This document shows, piece after piece, positions 14,185 to 27,926 of a DNA stretch of 64,000 nucleotides (position 1 is its first letter; each line of letters opens with the position of its first letter). The notes beneath the pieces were generated by a model that worked only from the letters and a program-made list of their open reading frames with translations, did no database searches and was not told where the DNA came from. The stretch is taken from positions 24,304,001 through 24,368,000 of the forward strand of contig CDPCPM010000014.1 in assembly GCA_976551045.1 (NCBI GenBank), read 5' to 3'. The translations under genes and the position numbers were made by a program. The stretch is from Glaucostegus cemiculus. Taxonomy: Eukaryota.

Positions 14185-14680
14185 CCACCAAAAACATAAA
14201 CAGGAATAAATAATTCATCCCAATGAGCTTGTTCTGCCATTCATTAGCAGCATGGCTGATCCTGTGCCAAAGGTCTTTTTTTCTGATTTTCTTAGTGTCC
14301 AGAACTCTATCCATCTCAGTTATACACTAGGGGAGGTCACACCAAAGCCCTGTATAATCTCAGCAAGACTTTCTTACTTTTGTACTCCAAACTTCTTGCA
14401 ATAGAGCCAACATACTATTTGCATTCCTAATTGCTTATTGTACCTGGATATTTAGTCTCTGCTTTTCATATACCTTCATACTGAGATCCCCACTAAAATA
14501 AATGTATTTCAATTCTTCTTACTAAAGTAAATGACCTCACACTTTTCCACATTACTGTTCATATTCCATTGTCTTGTTCAGTAGTTGGTCTATGTCCTTT
14601 TGCAGACTTATTGCTTCCTCTGGACAGTTCACTTTCCTGTTTAGCTTTATCATTAGAAAACTTGGAAAAGTTATTGCTGG
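14185..14680 (-). mobile_element. Degraded CR1 3' fragment
   Basis: CR1 3' UTR-like catggctgatc and RT C-terminal remnants on the reverse strand. Confidence 0.6.
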
Positions 14681-14819
14681 GAAATTAATCCCTGGCAACT
14701 ACCAACAAATGTCCTATATGGTAGTGTCTTCACCTTTTACTCAATTCAGACTGAATTTCAAAGGCAGAGTAGGATGTGCAGCTGCTTTTATATAGTGTAG
14801 CTAGTGTTACCAATGCATT

Positions 14820-15450
14820 TTTAGGTGTTTGTTTTATCAACAAAGTCATTTTTATAAATTGTCATTACCTATGGCATTCTATTTGTAACAGTCTGCCAAA
14901 TGATGTTTCTTAACACACTATCATGCACAGAGGATTGGTTAAAGAATGTTTGCTCATGTTGCCCATAACCCTGTGATGATGATGCGCTGTGCAATGTGCA
15001 CAGGGATGGCCAAGTGTAAGGTTTTACTGGCCTTTGTGTAAGGAGTGATCTCCACTTGCTTTTCAATGTGAGGTTTCAACAAGTGTGCGAATAAAATCTT
15101 TCCTCTTCCTGCCTCAATATTTTGTTCAGTTGTAACTCTTACTTTTCCAAACCTCATTCCCAGTCTCTTGGTACACTGCAGTCTGTACTAAATAATTCTG
15201 AAGTGGTTGGACCTCCCAGCCAAGCCTGATATTGTTAACAATAGACTCCATCAATGCTCGTTTTCCAGCAGTGGTCACAGGCAGCAGAAACTGCGGTTGA
15301 AGTATTGCTTTCAGCCACCCAGGAGCAATTGTGCTTGGACTATTAATCCACTTGGAATGTGATAACTCTGCCATGAAAGGGGTAGAACCTGAATCGTTCT
15401 ATTGTCTGTAGTTGAATACCTTGTGATGTATTTACCCACAAGTGACTGAA
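14820..15450 (-). mobile_element. Probable ancient tRNA-headed SINE (DeuSINE/SacSINE-like)
   Basis: Reverse strand begins with degenerate A/B-box-like sequence; body resembles ancient vertebrate SINEs by recall only. Confidence 0.35.
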
Positions 15451-16023
15451 GGGTACCAAAAGCAGACCTTACTTTTTTGCAGAGCTATTTTAATTTGCAC
15501 TGTTGGTTTTGTATTAATTTTTTAAATTTCTTTCTCAGTGGTTCTTCATGGCGGACAGGAGGCAGTATTCTGTTCAAACTAGTATTTATGTTTGAGCCTT
15601 GAATGAGTGTTGGCAGGCTATTCAATTACAACACAATGCAGACAGATCTAATTTCCTTTCATCCAATATTCAGGCAAACAGACTTCCAATGGGGAGCATT
15701 GAATGTTGGCCAAGAGATGGTCACCAACATCCTTAATTTCAGGAGTTGTTTGAAAACTCTTAAAATGTATAGGAATTGTTGAAAATAAAAAAAAAAATTG
15801 AGAAGATATAGAGAAATCTACAAAATGTAAAATTACATGTATAGATTAAAGAATAAATAAATAACATGAGAGGTTATTTGGCCATTTGCCTTGGCTATTT
15901 TATGGAAAGCAGAAAACTATCAACAGGGTAATTCATTTATTTTTCATCTATTCATCTATTTCTGTTACTGGTGTCCAAAATGTATTGTGTACCAGCTAAC
16001 AGTACCATTGTTTTTTTTTCCAG

Positions 16024-16145
16024 GTCCACACTTGCTCAGAGTCGGAGTTACAGTTCTCTATCCAAGCAGTTGATAACAAATATGGAAACCGTGGAACCAT
16101 GCCTCCCATCCCCTGATGAGCCTGAGGAACACTCCACTATGGATG
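16024..16145 (+). CDS. FRMD3: FRMD3 penultimate coding exon
   Basis: T-rich tract ccag|G...GATG|gtgaga; STLAQSRSYSSLSKQLITNMETVEPCLPSPDEPEEHSTMD(G), similar to recalled FRMD3 QSRSSHSLNKQLIINMEPL; 122 nt, phase 2->1. Confidence 0.9.
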
Positions 16146-16659
16146 GTGAGAATCCATTTGTACATTCCCCTTGACCTACTTCACAGTCCAACAGAGGATA
16201 AAAATCACGTAAAAAGGAGTTGAAAACCATTCACTTATTAAATCATTTTTAAAGCTACCTGTGTGGGATAGTGTACAAGAAATCCTCACAGTCCAATAAT
16301 GAAAACAATTATATTCCCTTGAGATTTCCTTCATTTGCATTGCTTACCAATTTTTATCAGTGTGATAACTTTCCCATAGGAACTCAATTTATTGCACAGT
16401 GGCAACAGGTGGCTGAGGAATACAATTACATTAAACCACAACCTATTCCTGGCATGAGCTCTCCAAATGCTATTTATTATGCTCTTGACAGGCCACAAGT
16501 CAGCCCAGTTGTGAAGAAAAACTAAATTCATAAAAGAGCAACTGTGGGAACTTACAGTAAATCACAGGAATTGATTTTCAGTCCACGTTTTAAATTGTCA
16601 CATCTATCAAAGCTCTAACTGTTCTCTGTAATGTCAGTAGCATGGAATGAGCTGCTGAA

Positions 16660-17650
16660 CTGAACATTACAGAATCATGGAAGCTACCAGCATGCAAGAA
16701 GGCCATTGGCCCATCAGGTCCATACCAGCTCTATGTAAGGGCAATCAACGGGTCCTTCTCTCCTGTCCTTTCCCTATTACCCTGCAAATTCTTTCTTTTC
16801 AGATACTTTCCAACTTTCTTTTGAATGCTACAGTTGAATCTGCTTCTACTATTACCCCTGGCAATGCTAGTTCTTTTGCCACTCACCTTTGTTCTATATC
16901 CCCTAGTTCATGTCTAATGGGAAGAGTTTCTCTCCATTTGTCTATATCCTTGCATCCTCCTCTGTACCAAGGAGAACAGGCTCAGTATATCCAGTCTATT
17001 CACATAACTAAAGTCCCTCATCTCTTGAATCATTTCAGTAAATCTCTTCTGCACCCTTTCTGAAACCTTTGCATCTTTCTTAATATCCAGAACTGGGTAC
17101 AATACTCAGTTGTGGCAGAACCAGTATTTTATAAGGTTCATCATGATTTTGTTGCTGTTGTATTCTGTGCCTCTGCTTGTAAAGCTGAGGATCCATATGG
17201 TCTTCACCACTTTCTCAACCAAATTTGTCTCCTTCAACAAATGATGCAATGTAGTCCAAGATCTGTTTTTATACCTTCTTTAGAATTATGCCTTTTAGTT
17301 TATCTTGCCTCTACTCATTCTTTCTACCAAAATCTAACACTATGCAATCCTCAGTGTTAAATTTCATCTTCTGATTCCACTATACTGCCAGTATCCATGA
17401 AATCTATTACTATCCTTTAGACAGTTTATGCCTCAAGGTTCTGTGTAATTTGCAAACTTGGAGAATGTGCTCTGTACACCCAGGTCCAAGCCTTTACCAT
17501 GTATTAAAGCAAGCAGTGATGTAGAATTGACTTCAGAGGAACTCTACTTGCACATGCCTCCAGTTCAAAAAACAACTTTTCATTCCTACTCTCTGATACT
17601 TAGCTAATTTTTTTTTCATATTGCTACAGCTCTTTTCATTTCATGGGTTT
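16660..17650 (-). mobile_element. Degraded CR1 3' fragment
   Basis: ERVQKRFTEMI..SYVNRL..LFSL on the reverse strand; 3' UTR ggccattggcccatc. Confidence 0.8.
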
Positions 17651-19280
17651 CATTGAGAAATGGCTCAGTATTTTCTCTGTTAGGCATGCTTTAAGCTGTT
17701 ACATGCATAGGTAACAAACACTATAGTTAATATGTACAAACTCACATGATCCAAGTGAGTCAACAATAGCCATATTGAGCCCATCAATGAAGCACTGACG
17801 TACTGAGAAGAGCAGAACACACTTCACATCAGCCCCCAACTTTATACCAGGGATAGCTGATGTAAAAATGGACACTCAGAAACCATGTGGAAAAATTGAA
17901 GGCAAGTAGCTGCTTTTAGTTATTTGTTACTTAATGAGATATTTAAAATATTTTTTATATTCTTTGTCTTTAAAAATACTATGATAGTTTTTACAATTTT
18001 CTGTCAGAGATTTTAAAAAATTTTGAAAAGCTGTAGTCTAAGATGAGCAGGGGATTTCATGGCTGAACCTCAGCAACTCACTGCCTGAGGCCTAATCACT
18101 GCTTGGAACATGCTCAGCCTCAGTGGATACCTCTCCGGTGCAGAGGATCAGCTTTTCCAGCTCAGCATCTGGAAGAATTAATCCTGCATAGGTGAACACT
18201 GCAGGCATGAATCCAGGTTACAGGCCAGGTCGAATAAGATCCATTCTGATCAATTTTGTCTCCTTTCCATAGCCAAATAATTGCTCTTTAATTATTTGTT
18301 TCTGTTCAAAGCAAACATGAAGGTTAATTCTGTGTCCATTGACTGACTGACTGCTAGAATTGCAGCTTGCTTTTCTAAACAATAATATGAGAAAGCTTCT
18401 ATCTTGTAAAGCTTGTGTGAAGACTGTGTACATTTTCCTCAAACACAGTTAAAAATATCAGCAAAGCAAATAATTACATGGACAAACCATTTAACATATC
18501 TATGAAACATAGTTAATGGGAACCCTAGACTAGATAAAAAGAATTGGAGAACTAATCCTATCCCTAATGCAGCCATGCAGATGATCAATGTATCTTTGGT
18601 TCATTATTAGAATTTCTGAACATAAGGGAGAAAAGTATTGTTCTGGTAATTGCTTTGCACGTTCTGTAATAAACAATCTAAATGTTCTTTCCCTGCATGG
18701 GAATAACAAGGGTTACAAAAACAATATTTATTTAACAAAATGAATATCCAGAGTTACTTCACAAGAGCATTAACAATTCTTATTTGAATCCGTGCTACAG
18801 AAGGAGATTGTGGGACAGTTGAGTAGGTCTTAAGGAATGCTTTAAAAGGTGAAGGTGATGTAGAGATGCAGAGAGGTTTGGGAAGGAATGCTAGAGAGTA
18901 AGGCAATAGAAGCTGAAGGCAATGGCTGCCAATGGAGGTGCAATTAAAACTGGTTGCACCCATGAGCCAGACTTGGAGAGCTGTAGAACTGAGGAGATTA
19001 CAGAGATAAGGAAGGGGTGAGGCTATCGAGGTATTTTCATACAAAGATTTGATGATCTACAACAATTTATAGACACTTAGCTTTGAGCCGCTTGATCTGT
19101 TCTGAATCTATCCCACCTGGAACAAAGGTAGTCCCATACAATGTAAAATAGGGACTTCATTTCTGTAAGGAGTCTATGGTGCTCATTTCTACCATTACTA
19201 ACATGAACAGATGCGTTTATGACGGCTAGATTGGTGAAGTCAAAGCTAAGCGGATTTTTCCTGCATGTTAGTTCTTTCAT

Positions 19281-19414
19281 GAGAAGTGGCAGATGGAGTT
19301 CAACCAGGATAAGTGTGAAGTGATATACTTCGGGAGATCTAATTCGAAGGCAGAATAAAAGGTTAATGGCAGAACTCTCAGCAGTGTGGAGGAACAGAGG
19401 GATCTTGGGGTCAA
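19281..19414 (+). mobile_element. CR1 fragment, left half of the outermost host element
   Basis: EKWQMEFNQDKCEV...EEQRDLGV, ending at ggggtcaa and resuming at 27927. Confidence 0.8.
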
Positions 19415-20524
19415 TAGACGATAGACAATAGGAGCAGAAGTAGATCATTTGGCCCTTCGAGTCTGCTCCGCCATTTTGAGATCATGGCTGATCCTCAACA
19501 GTCAATATCCCGTTCCTGCCTTGTCCCCATATCCCTTGATTCCCCTATCTATAAAAAACCTATCTAGCTCCTTCTTGAAAGTGCCCAGAGAATTGGCCTC
19601 CACTGCCCTCTGAGGCAGTGCATTCCACAAACTCACAACCCTCTGGGAGAAGAAGTTTTTCCTCACCTCTGTCCTAAATGGCCTACCCCTTATTCTTAAA
19701 TCATGCCCTCTGGTCCTGGACTTCCCCAACATCTGGAACATATTTCCTGTCTCTATCTTGTCCAATCCCTTAACAATCTTGTATGTTTCAATCAGATCCC
19801 CTCTCAATCTTCTCAATTCCAGCGTGTACAATCCCAGTCTATCCAACCTCTCTGCATAAGACAGTCCTGACATCCCCGGAATTAACCTCGTAAACCTACG
19901 CTGCACACCCTCTATAGCCAGGATATCCTTCCTTAACCCTGGAGACCAAAACTGTACACAATACTCCAGGAGCGGTCTCACCAGGGCCCTGTACAAATGC
20001 AAAAGAATCTCTTTGCTCTTGTACTCAATTCCCCTCGTAATACAGGCCAACATTCCATTAGCCTTCATCACTGCCTTCTGCAGTTGCTCATTCACTTTCA
20101 GCGACTGATGAACAAGGACTCCTAGATCCCTTTGTAGCTCCCCTTTACCTAACTCCACACCATTCAGATAATAATCTGCCTTCCTGTTCCTGCTCCCAAA
20201 GTGGATAACCTCACACTTATCCACATTAAACTTCATCTGCCAAGTATCTGCCCTCTCACCCAACCTATCCAAGTCACCTTGAATCCTTCTAACTTCCTCT
20301 ACACATGTCGCACTGCCACCCAACTTTGTTTCATCAGCAAACTTGCTAATGTTATTCTCAATGCCTTCATCTAAATCATTAACATAGATCGTGACACTCT
20401 CTTGGTGGCGCTCAATGGACTGAGCCACAACTTGGCTTTGGTCCAGGTACTTTTCAATCCACTATATACCACCCTTTAATAAGTTTTCTTTTACAATACT
20501 GTTGTAAGTTTTTTAACTGTTAAA

Positions 20525-21313
20525 ATGAGCACCAGATCTAAAGTCTCTGCTAATGGTAAAGGTGGTAAAGGTAATGGAGACCAGCCTACTTTGGAAGCTA
20601 TCTCTAATCTGGAGAGAAAGTTTGACCAGAGCTTTGCCGAATTGAAGTCTATTTTGAGGGATTTCGAACAGAAGCAGAATATTTTGATCGAAGAGAACGC
20701 CAGACAGAAACAATTAATTGCTGAACTTGAGCAGGCTGGTAAGGAGAGAGATACCAAACTCCATTCGCTTGAAAAAGCCTTAAATACAACCAAGCAAACC
20801 TTGGAAAAACATCAACAGAGGATCATCGACTTGGAAGGATGCAGCAGAAGGAAGAATTTAAGGATCATCAACTTTCTGGAGAACACTGAGACTGGTAACC
20901 CTACGGAATTCTTCTCTAATCTTTTGGTCGAAATATTTGGTCCTGAAATGTTTCCTGTCCAGCCGATTCTGGACAGGGCTCATAGAGCATTAAGATCTAA
21001 ACCTGCTCCGGATCAAAAACCTCGGCCAGTAATACTGAGATTTCACTATGTTAGTATCAAGGAACAACTGATCCGTGCTGCTCGTAAACGTGGAATGATT
21101 CAACTTAAACAATGGAAGTTTCGAATTGTTGAAGGCTACGCTCCAGAAGTTATGAAAGAAAGGATGACCTACAAACCAATTATGGCTCGTCTTTATCAAA
21201 GCAACTACCATCCTGCTCTTTTATTTCCAGCAAAACTCAGAATTATACTACCTGATAAAATGCGCAGGTGGTTCAAATCAATTGCAGAAGCTGAGAAATT
21301 CTTGTCAGATTAG
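20525..21313 (+). CDS. L1 ORF1p (coiled coil plus RRM/CTD, Transposase_22-like), intact frame
   Basis: Motifs DLEGCSRRKNLRI, LDRAHR, PRPVILRF, LLFPAKLRI typical of vertebrate L1 ORF1. Confidence 0.9.
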   Translation: MSTRSKVSANGKGGKGNGDQPTLEAISNLERKFDQSFAELKSILRDFEQKQNILIEENARQKQLIAELEQAGKERDTKLHSLEKALNTTKQTLEKHQQRIIDLEGCSRRKNLRIINFLENTETGNPTEFFSNLLVEIFGPEMFPVQPILDRAHRALRSKPAPDQKPRPVILRFHYVSIKEQLIRAARKRGMIQLKQWKFRIVEGYAPEVMKERMTYKPIMARLYQSNYHPALLFPAKLRIILPDKMRRWFKSIAEAEKFLSD

Positions 21314-21879
21314 CTCTTAATTTTGGATGTTAAGAAATCCGCTGGCAATTCAGTGTTTTAATGTTATACTAAGCGCTTTTCTTACTGGTTAATTAGGTTT
21401 TAGATTCATACCTTTTCTTTCTTTTTTTTAATGTTTTGTTTGAATAATAATTAAGTATTTTAACAAATGATTGATTATTTGCTTTTTTTTGAAACAATTA
21501 TTAAACTGTATTTTTTAATTAGGGGCTGCTAACGCCCTTTGGATCTGTTCCAATTTTAGAGTAATGTTTTACATTCCTTTGCTTCATGTAGTCAAAATAG
21601 CTAGTTGTTTTACATTTCAATACTGTTGGACTACTGCCACCAAGAGATATGGGGTTGTTTACATTAGAGGGTAGCTTACTGGCTGTCTATTGGTCAGTTT
21701 TTGGGCTGTTGGGGGAGGGGGGTGGGGTGTCTTTTTCATTTTTTTTCTTCTGGGCTAAACTACAATTTTTTCTAAACAGTCGTCATATCCGTTTCCTATT
21801 TGAACATTTTCCTTCCTGCTGTCGAGACCTGGACATATTTTTAACCCTTTGCATACCATGTTTTTTTTAATTGGTTAAA

Positions 21880-24800
21880 ATGGATAAGACTATTAATTTT
21901 ATTTCTTGGAACGTTAACGGGTTGAATCACCCAATTAAAAGACAGAAAATTTTTAAGGCTTTCCAGAGATTAAATGCTCAAATTATTTTTGTTCAGGAGT
22001 CTCACATTAGGAAGGAAGATAATCAATGATTTTTTAGATTTTGGAGGGGTCAGCAGTTTCACTCTAACTCACAAGCAAAGGTGAAAGGAGTCTCTATTTT
22101 TATAGATTCTTCTATTTCATTTGTTCATCACGAAACGATATCAGATCCAAATGGTAGATTTTTATTAATTGCTGGTTTGCTTCATAACAAAGAAGTTGTT
22201 ATGGTAAATGTTTATGCACCCAATGTAGATCATCCGGAATTTTTTAAACATTTGTTTGCATTTTTTCCTAATTTAAATGAATACACTGTGATTATGGGTG
22301 GAGACTTTAATTGCTGTTTAAACCCTTCGATGGATAAATCTGTGTCAAAACCTGCACTTCCAAACAAATCCGCTGTTTTTATTAATTCCTTTTTAGTTGA
22401 ATCCGGAATTTTGGATGTTTGGAGGTTTCTACATCCATGTGATAAAGAATTTTCATTCTTTTCTCATGTCTACCATAACTATTCGAGGATTGATTTTTTT
22501 TTATCGACGCTAGTTTAGTTCCACTTATTATGGATTGTAAATTTGATGCAATTACTATATCTGATCATGCACCATTGATTTTATCAATTAAATTACCAGC
22601 TGTATCCTCTGATGTTAGACAATGGCGATTCAACCCTTCTTTATTACAAGACTCAGATTTTCTCCATTTTATTAAAGAACAAATTTCATTTTTCTTTTTA
22701 ACTAATTTTACTGAAGAATTATCTAGTGGGACAATATGGGATACTCTTAACGCATATATCCGTGGTCAAATTATTTCATATTCCGCTGGATTGAAAAAAC
22801 GAACGAGTAATGAAATACGTACTCTGACTGACGAGATTAAAGAAATTGATAAAAAATATTCTGATACCCCGAACTCTGAGCTTTTTAAAAAGAGAACAGA
22901 GCTTCAATTACAACATAATTTATTATTAACATCTTCAGTTGAAAATCTACTGCTTAAAAATAAAAGTCAATTTTATATACATGGCGATAAGTCTGGTAAA
23001 TTATTGGCCAACCAATTGAAAGCCACTCTATCTAAACGTCAAATTAATAAAATTCGTAAACCAGACGGTACCTATACGATAATCCTGTTCAAATTAATAA
23101 ATCTTTTCAGGAATTTTATTCTTCTCTATCTCAATCAGAATCGTCTGATGATCCCACACTGATGTATGAATTTTTAAGAGGTTTGAAGATTCCTCAACTT
23201 TCTTTAAATGAATGTTCTATATTAGATGCTCCCATGTTAGAAGAAGAAATAAGGAATGTGATATTTTCAATGAAATCGGGTAAAGCACCAGGTCCTGATG
23301 GATATACAGTTGATTTTTTAAAGCTTTTTCTGATATTCTTGTTCCCTGGTTAGTCAAAATTTTTAAAGATGCTTTATCAGTGGGCAAGTTACCACAATCT
23401 TTGTATGAAGCAACTATTTCTTTAATTCTTAAAAAGGATAAAGATCCCACTGATTGTGCATCGGACAGGCCTATCTCTTTATTAAATGTAGATTTTAAAA
23501 TATTTTCCAAACTATTGGCCCTTAGGCTGGAAAAAGTTCTCCCACAAATCATTTCTGAAGATCAGACAGGATTTATCCAGAATTGTTATTTACATTTTAA
23601 TATTAGGAGATTAATGAATATTATATATACTCCTTCATTTCAAATTCCAGAATGCGTTGTTTCCCTAGATGCTGAAAAAGCATTTGACAGAGTTGAATGG
23701 GATTGTCTATTCGCTACACTTCAAAAATTTAATTTCAGCCCTAAATTTATATCTGCGATTAAAATGATTTATTATACACCAATGGCTTCAGTATTCACCA
23801 ATAATCTTTTTTTTAGGCTCTTTCGTGGTACTAGGCAAGGTTGTCCATTAAGCCCCTTATTATTCGATATTGCTTTAGAACCTTTGGCTATTGCAATCCG
23901 AGACTCTTTAAATATACACGGTATTATTCATGGACAGAAGACTCATAAGATATCTCTTTACGCAGATGACTTATTACTTTATATTTCTAATCCAGACGAA
24001 TCGATCCCTGCAGTACTATTGTTATTAGATCAATTCAGTGTTTTTTCTGGTTATAGACTAAATCTTAATAAGAGTGAACTTTTTCCACTGAATATGAAAA
24101 CCTCAATTTATAGCCAGTTACCCTTTAGATTGGTAACTGATTATTTTATGTATTTAGGTGTTAAAATTACTAATAAACATAAGGATTTATTTAAAGCTAA
24201 TTTTTTACCTTTACTTGACCAAGTTAAACAATTGCTTACTAAATGGTCTCCAATGTCTTTATCATTGATAGGCCGAATTAATGCAATTAAGATGAATATC
24301 TTACCAAAATTTTTATATTTATTTCAAGCGATTCCAATTTTTATCCCAAAGTCTTTTTTTTGACAAGGTTGATTCTAAAATTCTTTCATATATTTGGCAG
24401 AACAAGAATCCAAGACTAAGTAAGAAATATTTACAAAAATTGAAAAAGGATGGTGGTATGGCCTTGCCTAATTTTAGATTATATTATTGGGCAATCAACA
24501 TCAGATATTTAATTTTTTGGACTCAAGACTTAAATGTTATTCAATGCCCTAAATGGGTACACCTTGAGTATCAATCAACACTTGAATTTTCGTTATTCTC
24601 TATTTTAGGAGCTTCACTCCCTTTTGCACTTACCAAATTAAGTAAATATATGACTAACCCAATCATTAAACATACATTACGAATATGGTTTCAATTTCGT
24701 AAATTCTTTGGATTGACTAAATTTGTTTTGTCAAGTCCTATACAATCTAATTTTTTTTCAACCATCTAGACTAGATACAGCTTTTTCCTTATGGGAAAGG

Positions 24801-25650
24801 AAGGGAATAGTATGCTTTCGTGATCTATTCATTGGTAACTGTCTTGCATCTATTGAACAGGCATCTAATAAATACAATTTACCTAGATCACATTTTTTTC
24901 GATATTTGCAGATTAGAAATTTTTTAAAAGCTACTATACCCTCCTTTCCATTTCTTTATAAAGATAAAATTATTGATAAAATTTTAGGTTTTAATCCTCA
25001 TCAGAAGGGCTTGACAGCAATAATTTATGATTTAATTATGAAAATATGGTCAGTTTCACTGGACAAAATTAGAAATGATTGGGAAAGTGAACTCCAGATT
25101 TCTATATCTACAGAGACTTGGAAGAAAATTCTTCATTTAGTTAATACATCCTCAATGTGTGCCAGACATTCATTGATACAGTTTAAAGTTGTGCACAGGG
25201 CCTATATGTCCAAAGATAAGCTAGCTCGTTTTTATGATCGTATAAACCCTAAATGTGACAGATGTAAATCGAACGTGGCTTCTTTGTCGCATATGTTCTG
25301 GTCTTGTCCTTATTTGCAAAAATATTGGAAAGACATTTTTAATATTATTTCAGATGTATTGAAGATCGACTTACAACCTCACCCTATTACTGCAATTTTT
25401 GGATTACCATGGATAAAGTCTGGTCATTTATCTGCTTCTGCTAATCGTATGATTGCTTTTGTTACATTAATGGCCAAACGAGCCATTCTGCTTAAATGGA
25501 AGGATCCAATACCCCCTACCACTTTTCAATGGTTCTCTCAAACTATATCATGTCTTAATTTGGAAAAAAATTAGGAGTGGTACTGTTGATTCGTCGCTTA
25601 AATTTGAAGATATTTGGAGTCTATTTATTCAATACTTTCATATGATGTAG
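21880..25650 (+). pseudogene. L1 ORF2 (APE endonuclease, reverse transcriptase, C-terminal Cys motif), disrupted
   Basis: MDKTINFISWNVNG start; NVYAPN, GGDFN, SDHAP, KAPGPDG, DAEKAFD, GTRQGCPLSP, LYADD, CDRC..HMFWSC; in-frame TGA at 22027 and several frameshifts. Confidence 0.92.
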
Positions 25651-27926
25651 TTTCCCCTTCTGTAACTTTTTTTTTTAATTTAGAGAAACGGAGCTGACGA
25701 CATTATATTGTTCTATTTCTATTGAAAATTTTAGCCCAGTTTTTTTTTTCCTTGTTTTGTTTTTTTTCTTGTTTTTAAATTCATTTTTGGTTTAATTTAC
25801 TCTATATTATTATGATTTTTTAAATTGATTTGGTTTTTTTTTAAATTTTTTTTCTAATTATATAACAAATCTTTTTCCTTTCTATCTTTTACATTACACT
25901 TATGAACCGAGAGATTGTTGGAACTATTTCTTTTATATATATCATACTTTATTGCTTTTTTTTTGTGATTACCTACGATTTACTTGATATTTCTATTATA
26001 CATGTGTAAACATTGTTGTTATATATCTTAACCTGTAATGATTTGTTATCAATAAAAAAGATTGAAAAAGAAAGAACATAGATCATAAACAGCTGTGGTC
26101 CCAGCACCGAGCCCTGCGGCACCCCACTAATCATGGCCTGCCATTCCGAGAAACATCCATTCACCCCTACCCTTTGTTTCCTATCTGCCAACCAGTTTTC
26201 TATGCAAGTTAATACCCTCCCCCCAATTCCATGAGCCCTCATTTTACCCACCAATCTCCTGTGCGGCACCTTATCAAATGGCTTCTGAAAATCGAGGTAC
26301 ACAACATCCACCGAATCTCCCTCGTCTATTTTCCTGGTTACATCCTCAAAAAACTCCAGTAGATTAATCAAGCACAATTTGCCCTTGGTAAGTCCATGTT
26401 GACTCGACCCAATCCTATCATTGCTATCCAAATATGCCGCTACTTCATCCTTAATAATGGACTCTAGCATCTTCCCCACCACAGACGTTAGGCTAACTGG
26501 ACGATAGTTCCCCGTTTTCTCCCTCCCTCCTTTCTTAAAAAGTGGGATAACATTGGCCATTCTCCAATCCTCAGGAACTGACCCAGAATCTAGGGAACAT
26601 CGGAAAATGATCACCAATGCATCCACAATTTCTAGAGCCACCTCCTTCAGTACCCTGGGATGCAAACCATCCGGAGCTGGGGATTTGTCAGCCTTCAGCC
26701 CCATTAGTCTACCCATCACCATTTCTTTCCTAATGTCAATCCACTTCAGTTCCTCCATCTCCCTCTGCCTTTTGTCCATCCGTACCTCTTGGAGATTTCT
26801 TACGTCTTCCCCAGTGAATACAGATCCAAAGTACTTATTAAATTTGACTGCCATCTCCCTGTTTCCCGTAATAATTTCACCCGATTCAGTCTTCAAGGGC
26901 CCAACATTGTTCCTACCTAGCTTCTTTCCCTTCACATACCTAAAAAAGCTTTTGCTATCCTCTTTGATATTCCTAGCTAGCTTGCCTTTGTACCTCATTT
27001 TGTCTTCCCGAATTACCTTTTTGGTTAAATTCTGCTGCATCTTAAAATTTCCCAGTCTTCTGTCTTCCCACTCAGCTTAGCTCTGCCATACTTCTTCCTT
27101 TTTAACACTATGCTATCCCTGACTTCCTTTGTCAGCCACAGTGGCCCCTTTCCTCTCTTTGAGTCTTTCCTTCTCTGGGGAATGAACTGATCCTGCACCT
27201 TGCGCATTATTCCCCAAAATACCTGCCATTGCTGTTCCACCGTCAATTCTGCTAGGATGCCCGTCCAGTCAACTTTAGTCAGCTCCTCCCCCATGGCTCC
27301 ATAGTCTCCTTTGTTCAACTGCAATATTGACCCTTCTGATTTGCCCTTTTCCCTCTCCAATTGCAGATAAAAACTTATCATATTATGGTCACTACCTCCC
27401 AATGGCTCCTTTACTTCAAGTTCCCTTATCAAATCCTGCTCATTACACAGCACTAAATCCAGAATAGCCTTCTCCCTGGTCGGCTCTTGTACCAGCTGCT
27501 CCAAGAATGCATCCGGGAGGCACTCTATAAACTCCCTTTCCTGGGGTCCAGCACCAGCCTGATTCTCCCAGTCCACTTGCATATTGAAATCCCCCATAAC
27601 TACCGTGACATTACCCTTGCCACATGCCAATGTTAACTCACTATTCAGCTTGCACCCAATATCCATGCCACCATTCGGAGGCCTGTAGATAACACCCATT
27701 AGGATCTTTTTGCCCTTACAGTTCCTCAGTTCTATCCACACTGACTCTACTTCTCCTGATTCAATGTCCCCCCTTGCAAGGGACTGAACCTCACTCCTCA
27801 CCAACAGGGCCACCCCACCCCCTCTGCCCACCTTCCTGTCCTTACGATAGCATGTATACCCTTGAAAATTCATTTCCCAGGTCTGATCTCCCTGCAGCCA
27901 TGTCTCTGTTATCCCAACAACATCAA

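Larger units (their letters stand above)
20391..26074 (+). mobile_element. Full-length L1-clade LINE with 10-bp target-site duplication
   Basis: TSD AACATAGATC at 20381-20390 and 26075-26084; ORF1 plus ORF2 (EN, RT, Cys-rich); AATAAA 26051-26056 followed by an A-rich tail. Confidence 0.95.
19415..27926 (-). mobile_element. 5'-truncated CR1 LINE (EN+RT ORF2 and 3' tail), split by the L1 insertion
   Basis: ORF pieces 27025-27873 (GDFN, SDHN), 25973-27040 (NYRPVSLTS, GVPQGSVLGP.LFMIY) and 19502-20428 (VNDLD..FADET..YRALVRPLLEY) join across the L1 TSD; 3' tail seen as tagacgatagacaatagg on the + strand. Confidence 0.93.
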
